Shown here piece after piece: positions 12,303 through 22,207 of a stretch of 64,000 nucleotides of DNA; the first letter of the stretch is position 1; every line of letters begins with the position of its first letter. The translations under genes were made by a program, and so were the position numbers. The notes under the pieces are model-generated. The model saw nothing but the letters and a program-made list of their open reading frames with translations. It had not been told where the DNA came from and made no database searches. Source of the DNA: Anaeromyxobacter sp. (lineage in GTDB: Bacteria; Myxococcota; Myxococcia; Myxococcales; Anaeromyxobacteraceae); assembly GCA_049840735.1 (NCBI GenBank), contig JASGJN010000009.1, positions 1-64,000 of the forward strand, in the 5' to 3' direction.

Positions 12303-13802
12303 GTGGCGACGCTTCCCCCCATCCTCACCGCCGAAGAGGCGGCCGGCCTCATCCAGCACAACCAGACCATCGGCTTCAGCGGCTTCACGCCCGCCGGCGC
12401 GGCCAAGGCCATCCCGTCGGCGCTGGCCGTCAAGGCGCAGGCCGAGCACGCCGCCGGCCGCCCGTTCCAGATCGGCGTCCTCTCCGGCGCCTCGACCGGC
12501 GCCTCGCTGGACGGCGCGCTGGCCAAGGCCGAGGCCATCCGCTTCCGCACGCCCTACCAGTCCGACCCGCTCCTCCGGCAGCAGATCAACGCCGGCAAGG
12601 TCCGGTTCGTGGACATGCACCTCTCGGTGCTCCCGCAGAACGTCCGCTACGGCTTCCTGGGCCCGGTCCACTACGCCGTGCTGGAGGCCTGCGACGTCAC
12701 CCGCGGCGGCGGCATCGTGCTCACCAGCTCGGTCGGCGCCTCGCCCACCTTCGCCAGCCGGGCGGAGAAGATCCTCATCGAGCTGAACGAGGCCCACACG
12801 CCCGAGCTGCTGGGCATGCACGACATCTTCGAGCCGCTGGATCCGCCGGCGCGCCAGGAGATCCCCATCTACGATCCGCGCGACCGGATCGGCTCGCCGG
12901 TGCTGGTGGTGGACCGCCGCAAGGTGGTGGGCATCGTCAAGACCAACAAGCCGGACGAGACCGGCGGCTTCTCCGAGCCCACGCCGGACACCATCAAGAT
13001 CGGCCAGAACGTGGCCGAGTTCCTGGTGGGCGAGATCCGCGCCGGCCGCATCCCGAAGAGCTTCCTGCCGCTCCAGTCCGGCGTGGGCGACATCGCCAAC
13101 TCGGTGCTGGCCGCGCTGGGCGCCCACCCGGAGATCCCGGCCTTCCAGATGTACACCGAGGTGCTGCAGGACTCGGTGCTGGAGCTGCTGGACAGCGGCC
13201 GCTGCTCCTTCGCCTCCACCTGCTCGATGACGCTCTCGCCCGCCGCCATGGCGCGGGTGGCCGGCAGCATCGACCGGTACCGGAACAAGATCGTGATGCG
13301 GCCGCAGGAGATCTCGAACCACCCCGAGATCGTCCGCCGGCTCGGCATCGTCTCGATGAACACCGCCATCGAGATCGACCTGGGCGGCAACGTCAACTCG
13401 ACCCACATCATGGGCCGGCAGATGATGAACGGCATCGGCGGCTCGGGCGACTTCACCCGCAACGCCTACCTGTCGATCTTCTCCTGCCCCTCCACCACCA
13501 AGGGCGGCAAGATCTCCACCATCGTCCCGCTGGTCAGCCACATGGACCACAGCGAGCACTCGGTGCAGATCGTCGCCACCGAGCAGGGCGTGGCCGATCT
13601 GCGCGGCCGCGATCCGCACGAGCGCGCCGAGCTGATCGTGAAGAACTGCGCCCACCCGGACTACCGCGACATGCTCATGGCGTACATCAAGCGCTCGGAA
13701 GGCGCCCGCAGCCCGCAGGCGCTGGACGCGGCCTTCGGGATGCACCGCCAGTTCCTGACCAGCGGTGACATGCGCCAGACCGACTGGAGCAAGCTGGTGT
13801 GA
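12303..13802 (+). CDS. Acetyl-CoA hydrolase / succinate CoA-transferase (ScpC/AarC family)
   Basis: FSGFTPAG..KA, RTPYQSD, DMHLS, PLQSGVG.IAN, RPQEISN.PE, NGIGGSGDF, VSH.DH.EH; AAGGAG RBS upstream. Confidence 0.95.
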   Translation: MATLPPILTAEEAAGLIQHNQTIGFSGFTPAGAAKAIPSALAVKAQAEHAAGRPFQIGVLSGASTGASLDGALAKAEAIRFRTPYQSDPLLRQQINAGKVRFVDMHLSVLPQNVRYGFLGPVHYAVLEACDVTRGGGIVLTSSVGASPTFASRAEKILIELNEAHTPELLGMHDIFEPLDPPARQEIPIYDPRDRIGSPVLVVDRRKVVGIVKTNKPDETGGFSEPTPDTIKIGQNVAEFLVGEIRAGRIPKSFLPLQSGVGDIANSVLAALGAHPEIPAFQMYTEVLQDSVLELLDSGRCSFASTCSMTLSPAAMARVAGSIDRYRNKIVMRPQEISNHPEIVRRLGIVSMNTAIEIDLGGNVNSTHIMGRQMMNGIGGSGDFTRNAYLSIFSCPSTTKGGKISTIVPLVSHMDHSEHSVQIVATEQGVADLRGRDPHERAELIVKNCAHPDYRDMLMAYIKRSEGARSPQALDAAFGMHRQFLTSGDMRQTDWSKLV

Positions 13803-13813
13803 CGGAGCCGCTG

Positions 13814-13981
13814 GGAATCCGCGCCGGGGTGGGGGCCCCGGCATGTGGCCGGGGGAGGGGCGAAGCCCCTCGGCGCTGGGTCGCGCGCAAGGCCGCAGGC
13901 CGCAGCGCGCCGGGACCCAGCGCAGCAGGGGGTGGGGCCCCGACGGCTTTGCCGGCGGGGCGGGGGGCGCAGCCCCCCGTG
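13814..13981. repeat. Composite palindromic (REP/RPE-like) element
   Basis: Hairpins GAGGGGC-GAA-GCCCCTC, GCGCTGGGTC...GACCCAGCGC and CGGGGGGC-GCA-GCCCCCCG. Boundaries are approximate. Confidence 0.7.
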
Positions 13982-14835
13982 AGATCCTGACCGCCGCGCT
14001 CCGCAACGTCGCGGCGGTCGTCGTCCTCCTCGCCGCCGCCGCGCTGGCCCTCCTCTGGCTGGCGCAGCGGCGGCTTCTCTATTTCCCCGCCCGCGCCACG
14101 CCCGAGGCGGCCGAGCGGCGGGCGCGGGCGATGGGGCTCCTGCCCTGGCGCGCCGGCGGCGCGCTGCTGGGGTGGCGCCAGGCGCGGCCGCCGGAGGGCG
14201 CCGCCGCGGTCCTGCTGGTGCTGCACGGCAACGCCGGCTCGGCGCTGGACCGCGGCTACGTGCTGGAGGCCTTCGCCGCCGCGGGCCCACCCCTCGAGGT
14301 CCGGCTGGTGGAGTACCCGGGCTACGGGCCGTGTCCGGGCGCGCCCGGCGAGCGGGCGCTGGTGGACACCGCGCTGCGCGCCGTCCAGGCGGCGCGGGCG
14401 GAGGGCGCCCGGCGCGTGCTCCTGCTGGGCGAGTCGCTGGGCGGCGCGGTGGCGGTGCTGGCCGCGGCCCAGGCGCCGGGCGCGGTGGACGGGCTGGTGC
14501 TGGTGGCGCCGCTCGCCAGCGTGCCCGCGGTGGCGCGCCGCCACTACGGCCCGGTCCCGGGCTGGTTCTTCCGCGATCGCCTGCGCGCCGACCTGGCCAT
14601 CGCCCGGGTGGGCGCGCCGGTGGCGGTGCTGGAGCCCGGCGCGGACGAGGTGGTCTTCCCCGACCTGATCCAGGCGCTCTACGAGGCGGCGCCCGGGCCG
14701 AAGCGGCTCTGGGTGGAGCCTGGCGCGACGCACAATGGGCTCGACTGGCGTCCCGGCCAGGGCCGCTGGCGGGAGATGATCCAGCAGGCGCTGGGCGAGC
14801 CGGGGCTCTTGCCGCTGCCGCAGCCCGGGCCGTAG
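13843..14835 (+). CDS. Membrane-anchored alpha/beta hydrolase (ABHD13/17-like); start uncertain
   Basis: TM helix then QRRLLYFP, LHGNAG, EYPGYG, nucleophile GESLGG, DEVV, GATHN. Confidence 0.88.
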   Translation: MWPGEGRSPSALGRAQGRRPQRAGTQRSRGWGPDGFAGGAGGAAPREILTAALRNVAAVVVLLAAAALALLWLAQRRLLYFPARATPEAAERRARAMGLLPWRAGGALLGWRQARPPEGAAAVLLVLHGNAGSALDRGYVLEAFAAAGPPLEVRLVEYPGYGPCPGAPGERALVDTALRAVQAARAEGARRVLLLGESLGGAVAVLAAAQAPGAVDGLVLVAPLASVPAVARRHYGPVPGWFFRDRLRADLAIARVGAPVAVLEPGADEVVFPDLIQALYEAAPGPKRLWVEPGATHNGLDWRPGQGRWREMIQQALGEPGLLPLPQPGP

Positions 14836-14913
14836 CCGCCCGGGGGCGCCCAAGACCCTGCCGCGAGGCAGGGCCGGTCCCTGGAAATCCAGGCAGCTAG
14901 GCAATTCCTGCCC

Positions 14914-14929
14914 AGGCGCGGTCCTTGCT
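14914..14929 (+). promoter_or_regulatory. Putative sigma54 (-24/-12) promoter
   Basis: AGGCGCG-GTCC-TTGCT with exact GG-N10-GC spacing, 47 nt before the ATG at 14976. Confidence 0.6.
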
Positions 14930-14975
14930 CCACCCGGCGTGTCGCACCGGGCGAAGCGCGCCCACAGGAGCCTGC

Positions 14976-15191
14976 ATGAACGCCATCGGTGGTGAGTGGG
15001 GCGTCGAGACCCAGAGCATCGGCAACCGCATCGAGAAGGAGCGGGGCCAGGACGCCGTGAAGCTGATCCAGTCCGCGGCCGGCGGCGCCTCCTCGGCCTC
15101 CCTCGAGACCCCGCCCACGGGCCGGTTCCCCCCGCCGCAGCCGGTCAAGGCCCAGCCGCGCGAGGGCAGCTCGATCGAGGTGATCGCCTAA
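14976..15191 (+). CDS. Small protein resembling YjfB-like putative motility proteins
   Basis: 71 aa, AGGAG RBS; helix ..EKERGQDAVKLIQSA, Pro-rich linker, C-terminal GSSIEVIA (G..ID..A-type tail). Confidence 0.6.
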   Translation: MNAIGGEWGVETQSIGNRIEKERGQDAVKLIQSAAGGASSASLETPPTGRFPPPQPVKAQPREGSSIEVIA

Positions 15192-15308
15192 GCCGTCCCA
15201 CCCCGGCTCGCCAGCCTCCTGGCGGCGCGGCGCCCACCGGGTGTCGCGCCGCAGGCGTCAAAGGGCTGACGATCGGCGCAACCCCGCGTGAACACGCGGG
15301 TGCGAGGC

Positions 15309-15324
15309 TGGCGCCCGGGTTGCA
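15309..15324 (+). promoter_or_regulatory. Putative sigma54 promoter
   Basis: TGGCGCC-CGGG-TTGCA; the predicted start site nearly coincides with the GTG at 15337. Confidence 0.7.
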
Positions 15325-15336
15325 GTTGTACCGCCC

Positions 15337-17241
15337 GTGGGAAGGTACGCGGTCACCATCGTCTCGCCCCCCGGCTACGTCCACGCCTCCGCCTTCATCG
15401 AGGTGGCGGAGACGCTGCTCCACGGCCTGCGCGCGCTGGGCCACGACGCCGTCCTCACCGACGACCCGCGCCCGCCCGGGCGGCGCCCCATCATCCTGGG
15501 CGCCAACCTCCTCGCCCGCGGCAACCAGAAGCCGGCCAGGGACGCGATCCTCTACAACCTGGAGCAGATCGACGAGGGCTCGAGCTGGCTCACGCCCGGG
15601 TTCCTGGCGCTGCTGGGCCGTCACGAGGTCTGGGACTACAGCCCGCGCAACGCGGCCCGCTACGCGGCGCTGGGGCTGCCGCCGCCGCGCGTGGTCCCCA
15701 TCGGCTACGTGCCGCAGCTGACCCGCATCCCGCCCGCGCCGGCGGAGGACCTCGACGTCCTCTTCTACGGCTCCACCAACCCGCGGCGGCAGCAGATCCT
15801 GGACGCGCTGCGCGCCCGCGGGCTCCGCGTGGAGGCGGTGTTCGGCGTCTACGGCGAGGCGCGCGACCAGCTCATCGCGCGCGCCAAGGTGGTCCTCAAC
15901 GTCCACTACTACGAGGCCAAGGTCTTCGAGATCGTCCGGGTCTCCTACCTGCTGGCCAACCGGCGCTGCGTGGTCTCCGAGCGCGGGGCGGACCCGGAGG
16001 AGGAGCGCGCGCTGGAGCAGGGCGTGGCCTTCGCCCCTTACGAGGAGCTGGTCGAGGCCTGCGCCCGGCTGGCCGCCGATCCCGCCGCCCGCGCCCGCCT
16101 CGCCGCCGCCGGCCACGAGCTGATGGCCCGCCGCGACGCCGCCGGCTATCTCCGCGAGGTGGTGGGCGAGGCCGCCCCGGCCAGCCCCGCGCCGACCCCC
16201 AAGACCCACGCCGCGCCCGCGGCGGCCAGGAGCCCTTCCATGATCCCGCTCACCCCGCCGCTCTCGCTGGAAGACGTCCTCTCGATGGTGGCCCCCGCCG
16301 GCAAGCGGATCCTGGACGTGGCCTGCGGCGACGGCGAGCTGGGGGCGCACCTGCTGAAGAACGGCGCCGAGCAGGTGGTGGGGCTCGATCCCTGCGCGCG
16401 CGGCCTGGCCCGGGCGCGCCTGACGGCCGTGTACGGGGCGTCGCCAGACGGCGCCCCGGCGCTGCCCTACCCGGAGGGCTACTTCGACGTGGTGCTGGTG
16501 GAGGACCTGTCCCGCCTGCTGGTGCCCGCCCAGAGCCTGCAGCACCTCACGCGCTGGCTGGCCGGGAGCGGCCGCGTGGTGGTGGTGGCGCCCAACGTCG
16601 GCCACGAGGCCGCGCTGACCGCCCTCCTGCAGCAGGGGAGGCTCCCGGCCGAGGCCGGGGCCCGGCCGCTGACGGTGGGCGCGGCGCTGGACCTGCTCGC
16701 CCAGGCCGGCCTCGAGGTGGAGGAGGAGGCGGTGGTGCAGCGGACCGAGCCGGGGGAGGCGGCGCCGGAGCTCGGGCGCGTGGCGGCCCTCCTGGGCGGG
16801 GATCCGGCCCAGCTCGCCGACAGCCTGACGCTGGTCCGCGCCGTGCTCGCGGCCCGCCCCCGGCAGCCGCAGGGCGGCCGCGCCGGCACGCTGGCCGATC
16901 CCTGGGCCGGCTCGCGCAGCGTGAAGGTGCTGGTGGCGCCGCAGACCGGCCGCGCCGACTGGGAGGGCGTGGTGGCCGAGCTGGCGCGGTCGCTGGCCGG
17001 CAACCCGGACGTCACGCTGGGCGTGGCCGTCCCGGCGGCCCTGCTCGACCCACCGCCGGCGGGGCTGCAGGCCGCCACCGAGGGGCTGAGCCTGGACCTC
17101 CTGCTCACCGAGGCGCCGCAGGACGCCGCCGGGTGGCAGCGGCTGCTGGGCGGCGCCAGCACCTACCTGGCCCTGGAGCCGCAGCCGCTCCTCGAGGCCT
17201 TCGCAGCGCTGGCCGGCGTGCCCGTCCAGCGGCAGGGCTGA
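15337..17241 (+). CDS. GT-B-like glycosyltransferase fused to a class I methyltransferase domain and a C-terminal accessory domain
   Basis: YNLEQ, VWDYS, DVLFYGS.N.RR, AKVVLNVHYY...FEIVR; then ILDVACGDG and YFDVVLV. Confidence 0.85.
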   Translation: MGRYAVTIVSPPGYVHASAFIEVAETLLHGLRALGHDAVLTDDPRPPGRRPIILGANLLARGNQKPARDAILYNLEQIDEGSSWLTPGFLALLGRHEVWDYSPRNAARYAALGLPPPRVVPIGYVPQLTRIPPAPAEDLDVLFYGSTNPRRQQILDALRARGLRVEAVFGVYGEARDQLIARAKVVLNVHYYEAKVFEIVRVSYLLANRRCVVSERGADPEEERALEQGVAFAPYEELVEACARLAADPAARARLAAAGHELMARRDAAGYLREVVGEAAPASPAPTPKTHAAPAAARSPSMIPLTPPLSLEDVLSMVAPAGKRILDVACGDGELGAHLLKNGAEQVVGLDPCARGLARARLTAVYGASPDGAPALPYPEGYFDVVLVEDLSRLLVPAQSLQHLTRWLAGSGRVVVVAPNVGHEAALTALLQQGRLPAEAGARPLTVGAALDLLAQAGLEVEEEAVVQRTEPGEAAPELGRVAALLGGDPAQLADSLTLVRAVLAARPRQPQGGRAGTLADPWAGSRSVKVLVAPQTGRADWEGVVAELARSLAGNPDVTLGVAVPAALLDPPPAGLQAATEGLSLDLLLTEAPQDAAGWQRLLGGASTYLALEPQPLLEAFAALAGVPVQRQG

Positions 17242-17253
17242 GCGAGGCCGGGC

Positions 17254-18105
17254 ATGCGGACCTCGCGCGCCACCCCCGCCGGCTACCCGCCCGGCCACTT
17301 CTACTCGCCCGTGCCGGACTTCGAGGAGGTGCGGCGCCGGGCGCCGGCGCTCTTCGACCGCTCCCGGCGGACCGTGGAGGGGATCGACCTCCGCGAGGAC
17401 GCGCAGCTGGCGCTGGTCCCCGAGCTGGTGGCCTGCCTCCGCGACCAGCCCTTCACCGATCAGCCCGAGGGCGGACGCCGCTACGGCTTCCGGAACGAGG
17501 CCTTCTGCGCGGTCGACGCGCTGACGCTCCACTGCTTCCTGCGCCGCCACCGGCCGCGCCGGGTGGTGGAGGTGGGCTCGGGCCACTCCAGCGCGATGAT
17601 GCTCGACACCGACGAGCTCTTCCTCGGCCGCGCGACGTCGCTGACCTTCGTCGAGCCCTTCCCGGACGTGCTGCGCGCCGTGGTCCGCCCCGGCGATCTC
17701 GAGCGCGCCACGCTCCTGCAGCAGCCGGTCCAGGACGTCCCGCTGGCGCCGTTCCAGGCGCTCGAGGCGGGGGACGTGCTCTTCATCGACTCGAGCCACG
17801 TCTCCAAGATCGGCAGCGACGTCAACCACCTCTTCTTCCGCGTCCTGCCGGCGCTGGCCCCGGGCGTGCTGGTGCACGTCCACGACATCTTCTTCCCCTT
17901 CGAGTACCCGGAGCAGTGGGTGCTCTCCGGCGGCTGCGCCTGGAACGAGGCCTATCTCCTGCGGGCCTTCCTGCAGTTCAACCCGGCCTTCGAGGTCCTG
18001 TTCTGGGGCCACTTCCTGTGGACCTTCCACGCGGAGCGGCTGTCCGCGGAGCTGCCGCGCTTCGCCGACAACCCCGGCGCCAGCCTCTGGCTGCGGCGGC
18101 GCTGA
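17254..18105 (+). CDS. Class I SAM-dependent methyltransferase (Methyltransf_24-like)
   Basis: GHFYSPVPD, VVEVGSGHSS, LFIDSSHV.KIGSDVN, HVHDIF, WNEAY. Confidence 0.9.
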   Translation: MRTSRATPAGYPPGHFYSPVPDFEEVRRRAPALFDRSRRTVEGIDLREDAQLALVPELVACLRDQPFTDQPEGGRRYGFRNEAFCAVDALTLHCFLRRHRPRRVVEVGSGHSSAMMLDTDELFLGRATSLTFVEPFPDVLRAVVRPGDLERATLLQQPVQDVPLAPFQALEAGDVLFIDSSHVSKIGSDVNHLFFRVLPALAPGVLVHVHDIFFPFEYPEQWVLSGGCAWNEAYLLRAFLQFNPAFEVLFWGHFLWTFHAERLSAELPRFADNPGASLWLRRR

Positions 18106-18132
18106 GGGGGCCAGCGGGGCCGTGCCCCCGCG

Positions 18133-19434
18133 CTACACGTGCTGCACGCGCCCGAGCTTCAGCGCCTGCGCCGCGCGGTCCACCGCGGCCGGGTCCGCCT
18201 GGAACAGCGGCGCGGGCTCGGCGCCGGCCAGCGCCTGCAGCGCCGGGCGCGGGCCGGCGGCGCAGAAGCCGGCCTGGCCCACCCGGACCACCGCCAGCGC
18301 CGGCGCCCGCTTGCCGTCCAGCAGCGCGGTGAGGTCGTCGAGGAAGCTGGCGTTGGTGCGGGCGGCGGGGAGCTGCACGCAGGTGGCGTGGCGGGCCGCC
18401 GCCAGCCCGGCGCGCGCCGCGGCGGGGAGCCCCGGCGCCTCGGCGCGGACGATCCGGACCAGCCCGGGGTGCGCCGCCGAGAACCGCTCCACGAACTGCA
18501 GCGTGCAGTCGGTGCAGCCGCCGTCGGCCACCACGAGCTCGTCCTGCGGCCCGGTCCCCAGCGCCAGGTCCTCCAGGCAGGGGCCGATGGCGCGCAGCGC
18601 GTCCAGCACCGGCACCACCAGCGACACCGGCGGGCGGCCGGCGCGCGGCGGACGGCGCGCGTCGGTCCGGCGCCGGTCCACGTCGAAGGCCTCGAAGCGG
18701 CCCATCCAGCGCCGCATCAGCCGGTCCTCGTTCTCGCGGGCGGAGAGGAACCGCCCCTCGCTCACCGACTCGTGGTGGTAGAGGACGCTCTCCGGCGTGT
18801 ACACGATCCGGTGGCCGCCGGCCCGCAGGGACAGGCACAGGTCCATGTCCTCATAGCCGTTCTTGAACCCCTCGTCGAAGCCGCCCACCGCGCGGAAGGC
18901 CTCGGCCCGCACCAGCACGCAGGCGGCGGTGACCGCGTTGAGCTCCAGCTCCTGCGTGGAGCGGTCCGCCGGCTGCCGGTACTCGAGGTGGAAGGGGTAG
19001 ATGGGCAGCGGGGCGGCGTAGGCGAAGGCCACGCCGGCGTGCTGCAGCGTGCCGTCCGGGAAGAGCAGCTTCGACCCGACCGCGCCCACCTCCGGGCGCT
19101 GATCCAGGATCCGCACCATGGGGGCGAGCCAGCCGGGCGTGGCCTCGGTGTCGTTGTTGAGGAAGAGGATGTAGGGCGCGCGCGCCAGGGCCGCCCCCTG
19201 GTTGCAGGCCCGGGCGAAGCCCAGGTTCTCGTCGTTGCGCTGCAGCCGGATCCCCTCCAGCAGCGGCAGCGCCTGGCGCGTCTCGTCCGACGAGGCGTTG
19301 TCCACCACGATCACCTCGTGGGGCACGTCGCGGGTGTGCTCCAGGAGCGAGACCAGGCAGCGGATCGTGTAGTCCCACTTGTTGAAGGCGGGGATGACGA
19401 TCGAGACCCTGGGCGCTGCGGGCGGCGAGGACAA
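18133..19434 (-). CDS. GT2 glycosyltransferase with a second partial GT2 domain
   Basis: VSIVIPAFN, IVVDNASSD, NLGFARACNQG, FLNNDT, GGFDE.F.NGYEDMD, HHES; TTG start with GGAG RBS. Confidence 0.93.
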   Translation of the reverse strand: MSSPPAAPRVSIVIPAFNKWDYTIRCLVSLLEHTRDVPHEVIVVDNASSDETRQALPLLEGIRLQRNDENLGFARACNQGAALARAPYILFLNNDTEATPGWLAPMVRILDQRPEVGAVGSKLLFPDGTLQHAGVAFAYAAPLPIYPFHLEYRQPADRSTQELELNAVTAACVLVRAEAFRAVGGFDEGFKNGYEDMDLCLSLRAGGHRIVYTPESVLYHHESVSEGRFLSARENEDRLMRRWMGRFEAFDVDRRRTDARRPPRAGRPPVSLVVPVLDALRAIGPCLEDLALGTGPQDELVVADGGCTDCTLQFVERFSAAHPGLVRIVRAEAPGLPAAARAGLAAARHATCVQLPAARTNASFLDDLTALLDGKRAPALAVVRVGQAGFCAAGPRPALQALAGAEPAPLFQADPAAVDRAAQALKLGRVQHV

Positions 19435-19635
19435 GGGCTTGACTCCGTGCCGCGGGCGCGGCCGTTCCCGGCGCGGCGCGGCCGCGTCAGGGTTTCGTCT
19501 GCCGGTGGACCATAGCAACCGCCGGGCCACCCGAAGCCCCGACCCGCGGTCCGGCCGCGCCGGCCGAGCGGAAATTGACCAGGGATTCCAGGCCCCTGGA
19601 TCCGGGCGGCCGCGTCTGATTCGTGACGCTCGGTG

Positions 19636-19651
19636 CGGCATCTGCGGTGCA
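19636..19651 (+). promoter_or_regulatory. Putative sigma54 promoter
   Basis: CGGCATC-TGCG-GTGCA, GG-N10-GC, 47 nt before the ATG at 19698. Confidence 0.55.
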
Positions 19652-19697
19652 AGGGGAGCGGCCAGCGGCCGGCGCCTGGCGCCGCCGAGGAGCCTCC

Positions 19698-20390
19698 ATG
19701 CCCGACGCCCAGCCCCCGCCGCCGTCGCCCGAGCGCCGCTCCGGCCTGCGCATCAACCGGACCTCGCCGCCGCCCGGCCAGCAGGTCTTCCGCGAGTCGG
19801 CGCTGGCGCACCGCCTGCTGGACGGCCTGCGTGGCCTGGAGATCGGCGGGGCCTCCCACAACCCCTTCGGCCTGGCCACGCGCAACGTGGACTACACCGG
19901 CGACCTGGACACGGTCTTCAAGCAGGAGGAGGCGCTCCGCGCCGGCCGGCCCATGCCGGTGGACCTGGTCGCGCCCGGCGACCGCCTGCCGGTGCCGGAC
20001 GGGAGCGAGGACTTCGTGGTGAGCTCCCACGTGCTGGAGCACTTCTTCGACCCCATCGCGGCGCTGCAGGAGTGGTTCCGGGTCATCCGGCCGGGCGGGT
20101 TCATCTTCGCCATCGTGCCGCACAAGGAGCGCACCTTCGACGCGCCGCGCCCGCGCACCACGCTGCAGGAGCTGATCGAGCGGCACGACGGCCGCCGCGC
20201 CCTGGCGCCGGGCGTGGACCTGCACACGCACCACAGCGTCTGGATCACCCAGGACCTGGTGGAGCTGATCCGCCACCTGGGCTGGCCGCTGGTGGCGGTC
20301 CAGGACATGGACGACAAGGTCGGGAACGGCTTCACGGTGGTGATCCAGAAGCCACCGCGCCCCGGGGCCGGGGCGGAGGTGCGCCCGTGA
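19698..20390 (+). CDS. Class I SAM-dependent methyltransferase (Methyltransf_11-like)
   Basis: GLEIGG, DFVVSSHVLEH..DPI.AL.EW.RVIRPGG, VPHKERTFD; GAGGAG RBS. Confidence 0.9.
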   Translation: MPDAQPPPPSPERRSGLRINRTSPPPGQQVFRESALAHRLLDGLRGLEIGGASHNPFGLATRNVDYTGDLDTVFKQEEALRAGRPMPVDLVAPGDRLPVPDGSEDFVVSSHVLEHFFDPIAALQEWFRVIRPGGFIFAIVPHKERTFDAPRPRTTLQELIERHDGRRALAPGVDLHTHHSVWITQDLVELIRHLGWPLVAVQDMDDKVGNGFTVVIQKPPRPGAGAEVRP

Positions 20391-22207
20391 GCGAGCCGCG
20401 CGCCGCGCCCGCCGTCTCCGTGGTGGTGGCCAGCGCCGATCGCTGGGCCTCGCTCCTGGCCACCCTGCACGCGCTGCTCTCCGGCGGCGCCGGCGTGGAC
20501 CACGAGGTGATCGTGGTGGACGACGCCTCGACCGACGAGACGGCGCAGGGGCTCCCCATGCTCCAGGGCGTGCGCCACCTGCGCACGCCGCGCCGGCTGG
20601 GCGAGGCGGCGGCGCGCCGCGAGGGGGCCGCGCTGGCCCGCGGCGAGGTGGTGGCGTTCCTGTCCGACCGCGCCCGGCCCGAGCCGGGGTGGCTGGCGGG
20701 GCTGGTGGCCGCGCTGCGCGCCGTGCCGGGCGCGACGGTGGCCGGCTCGCGGCTGCTCGACGAGGCCGGGGCGCCGCGCGGCGCGCCGGTCGCGGTGGAC
20801 GGCCCGTCCGCGCCGGCGGGGGAGGGCTGCCGGGAGGTGGTGGCGGTCGCGGCCGAGGCGCTGGCGGTCCCCGCGGCCGCGCTGGCGAAGCTGGGCGGCT
20901 GGCCGCAGGGGCACGCGGCCGGCGGCGACGGCGTGGAGCTCTGCCTGCGGGCGCTCGACGCCGGCGGCCGCGTGGTGCTGGCCGAGCGGAGCGCGGTCCG
21001 GCTCCACGGACCGGATCCCGTCCCCGCCGCGGTGGCGGCAGACGAGGGGCTGCTGCGGGCGCGCTTCACGGCGCTGTTCGGGGAGGCGCCGCCGCCGGCC
21101 CGCCCGGCCCGGGCGCCTCGCGCCCGGCCGCTGCGCGTGCTGGCGCTGAGCGTCGAGAAGCCGGAGTACGCCTGCTACCAGGTCCGGCTGGAGCGCCCGC
21201 TGGAGGCGCTGGGGGCCGAGGTGGAGCTGCGCCGTGGCGTGGTGTGGGAGGGCGAGAGCGCCCGCCTCGACGCCACCGTGGTCGACGGCTCCGACCTGGT
21301 GGTGGTGCAGCGCTCGTTCCCGCGGCGGGAGGTGGCGCCGTTCCTGGAGGCGCTGCGCGCCGCCGGCCTGCCCGTCGTCTACGAGACCGACGATCTGATG
21401 CACGAGATCCCCGCCGACAACCTCTGCCATGACACCGTGGCGCCGACCATCCCGTTCATCGAGGAGGCGCTGCGCCGGGCCGACCTGGTGACCGTGACGA
21501 CGCCGGTGCTGGCGGAGCGGATCGCCCGGTACGGCGCGCCCATCGAGATCGTGCCCAACCAGCTGGACGAGCGGCTCTGGGCCGGCGCGCCGCCGCGCCC
21601 GGAGGGCGGGCCGGTGGTGATCGGGTACGCCGGCACCGCGACGCACCTGGCGGACCTGGCCATCGTCGAGCCGGCGCTGCTGGAGATCTCCCGGCGCTTC
21701 GGCTCGGGCGTGGCCTTCCGCTTCCTGGGCTGCGCCACGCCGCAGCTGGCGGCGCTCCCGAACTTCTCCTACGTGAAGTTCGAGCACTCGTACCAGGCCT
21801 ACGCCCGGGCGCTGCCCGGCGCCGGCATCGACGTGGGGGTGGTGCCGCTGCTCGACACCCCCTTCAACGCCTGCAAGAGCGACATCAAGTGGCTGGAGTA
21901 CGCCGCCTGCGGGATCGCCGGCGTCTTCTCGGACCTGGCGCCGTACCAGGGGATCGCGCAGGGCCGCACCGGCCTGCGCGTGCCCAACACCACCGCAGCC
22001 TGGATCGAGGCGCTCGACCGGCTGGTCCGCGACGCCGCCCTGCGCCGCGGGGTGGCCGCGGCGGCGCGCCAGGAGGTGCTCACCGCGCGGACCCACGCCG
22101 CCACGGCCCGGCGCCAGCTGGCGCTCTACGAGGGGCTGGTCTCCGCCGCCCTCGAGCGCCGGCGCGCCGGCTCACCGATGGCGGCCCCCAGGGTGTCGGC
22201 GCCGTGA
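20387..22207 (+). CDS. Glycosyltransferase: degenerate GT2 N-domain plus GT-B domain
   Basis: VIVVDDASTD; then VVVQR, VYETDD, IGYAGT.TH..D, PL.D.PFN.CKSDIKWLEY; GTGA coupling to the upstream gene. Confidence 0.92.
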   Translation: MSEPRAAPAVSVVVASADRWASLLATLHALLSGGAGVDHEVIVVDDASTDETAQGLPMLQGVRHLRTPRRLGEAAARREGAALARGEVVAFLSDRARPEPGWLAGLVAALRAVPGATVAGSRLLDEAGAPRGAPVAVDGPSAPAGEGCREVVAVAAEALAVPAAALAKLGGWPQGHAAGGDGVELCLRALDAGGRVVLAERSAVRLHGPDPVPAAVAADEGLLRARFTALFGEAPPPARPARAPRARPLRVLALSVEKPEYACYQVRLERPLEALGAEVELRRGVVWEGESARLDATVVDGSDLVVVQRSFPRREVAPFLEALRAAGLPVVYETDDLMHEIPADNLCHDTVAPTIPFIEEALRRADLVTVTTPVLAERIARYGAPIEIVPNQLDERLWAGAPPRPEGGPVVIGYAGTATHLADLAIVEPALLEISRRFGSGVAFRFLGCATPQLAALPNFSYVKFEHSYQAYARALPGAGIDVGVVPLLDTPFNACKSDIKWLEYAACGIAGVFSDLAPYQGIAQGRTGLRVPNTTAAWIEALDRLVRDAALRRGVAAAARQEVLTARTHAATARRQLALYEGLVSAALERRRAGSPMAAPRVSAP

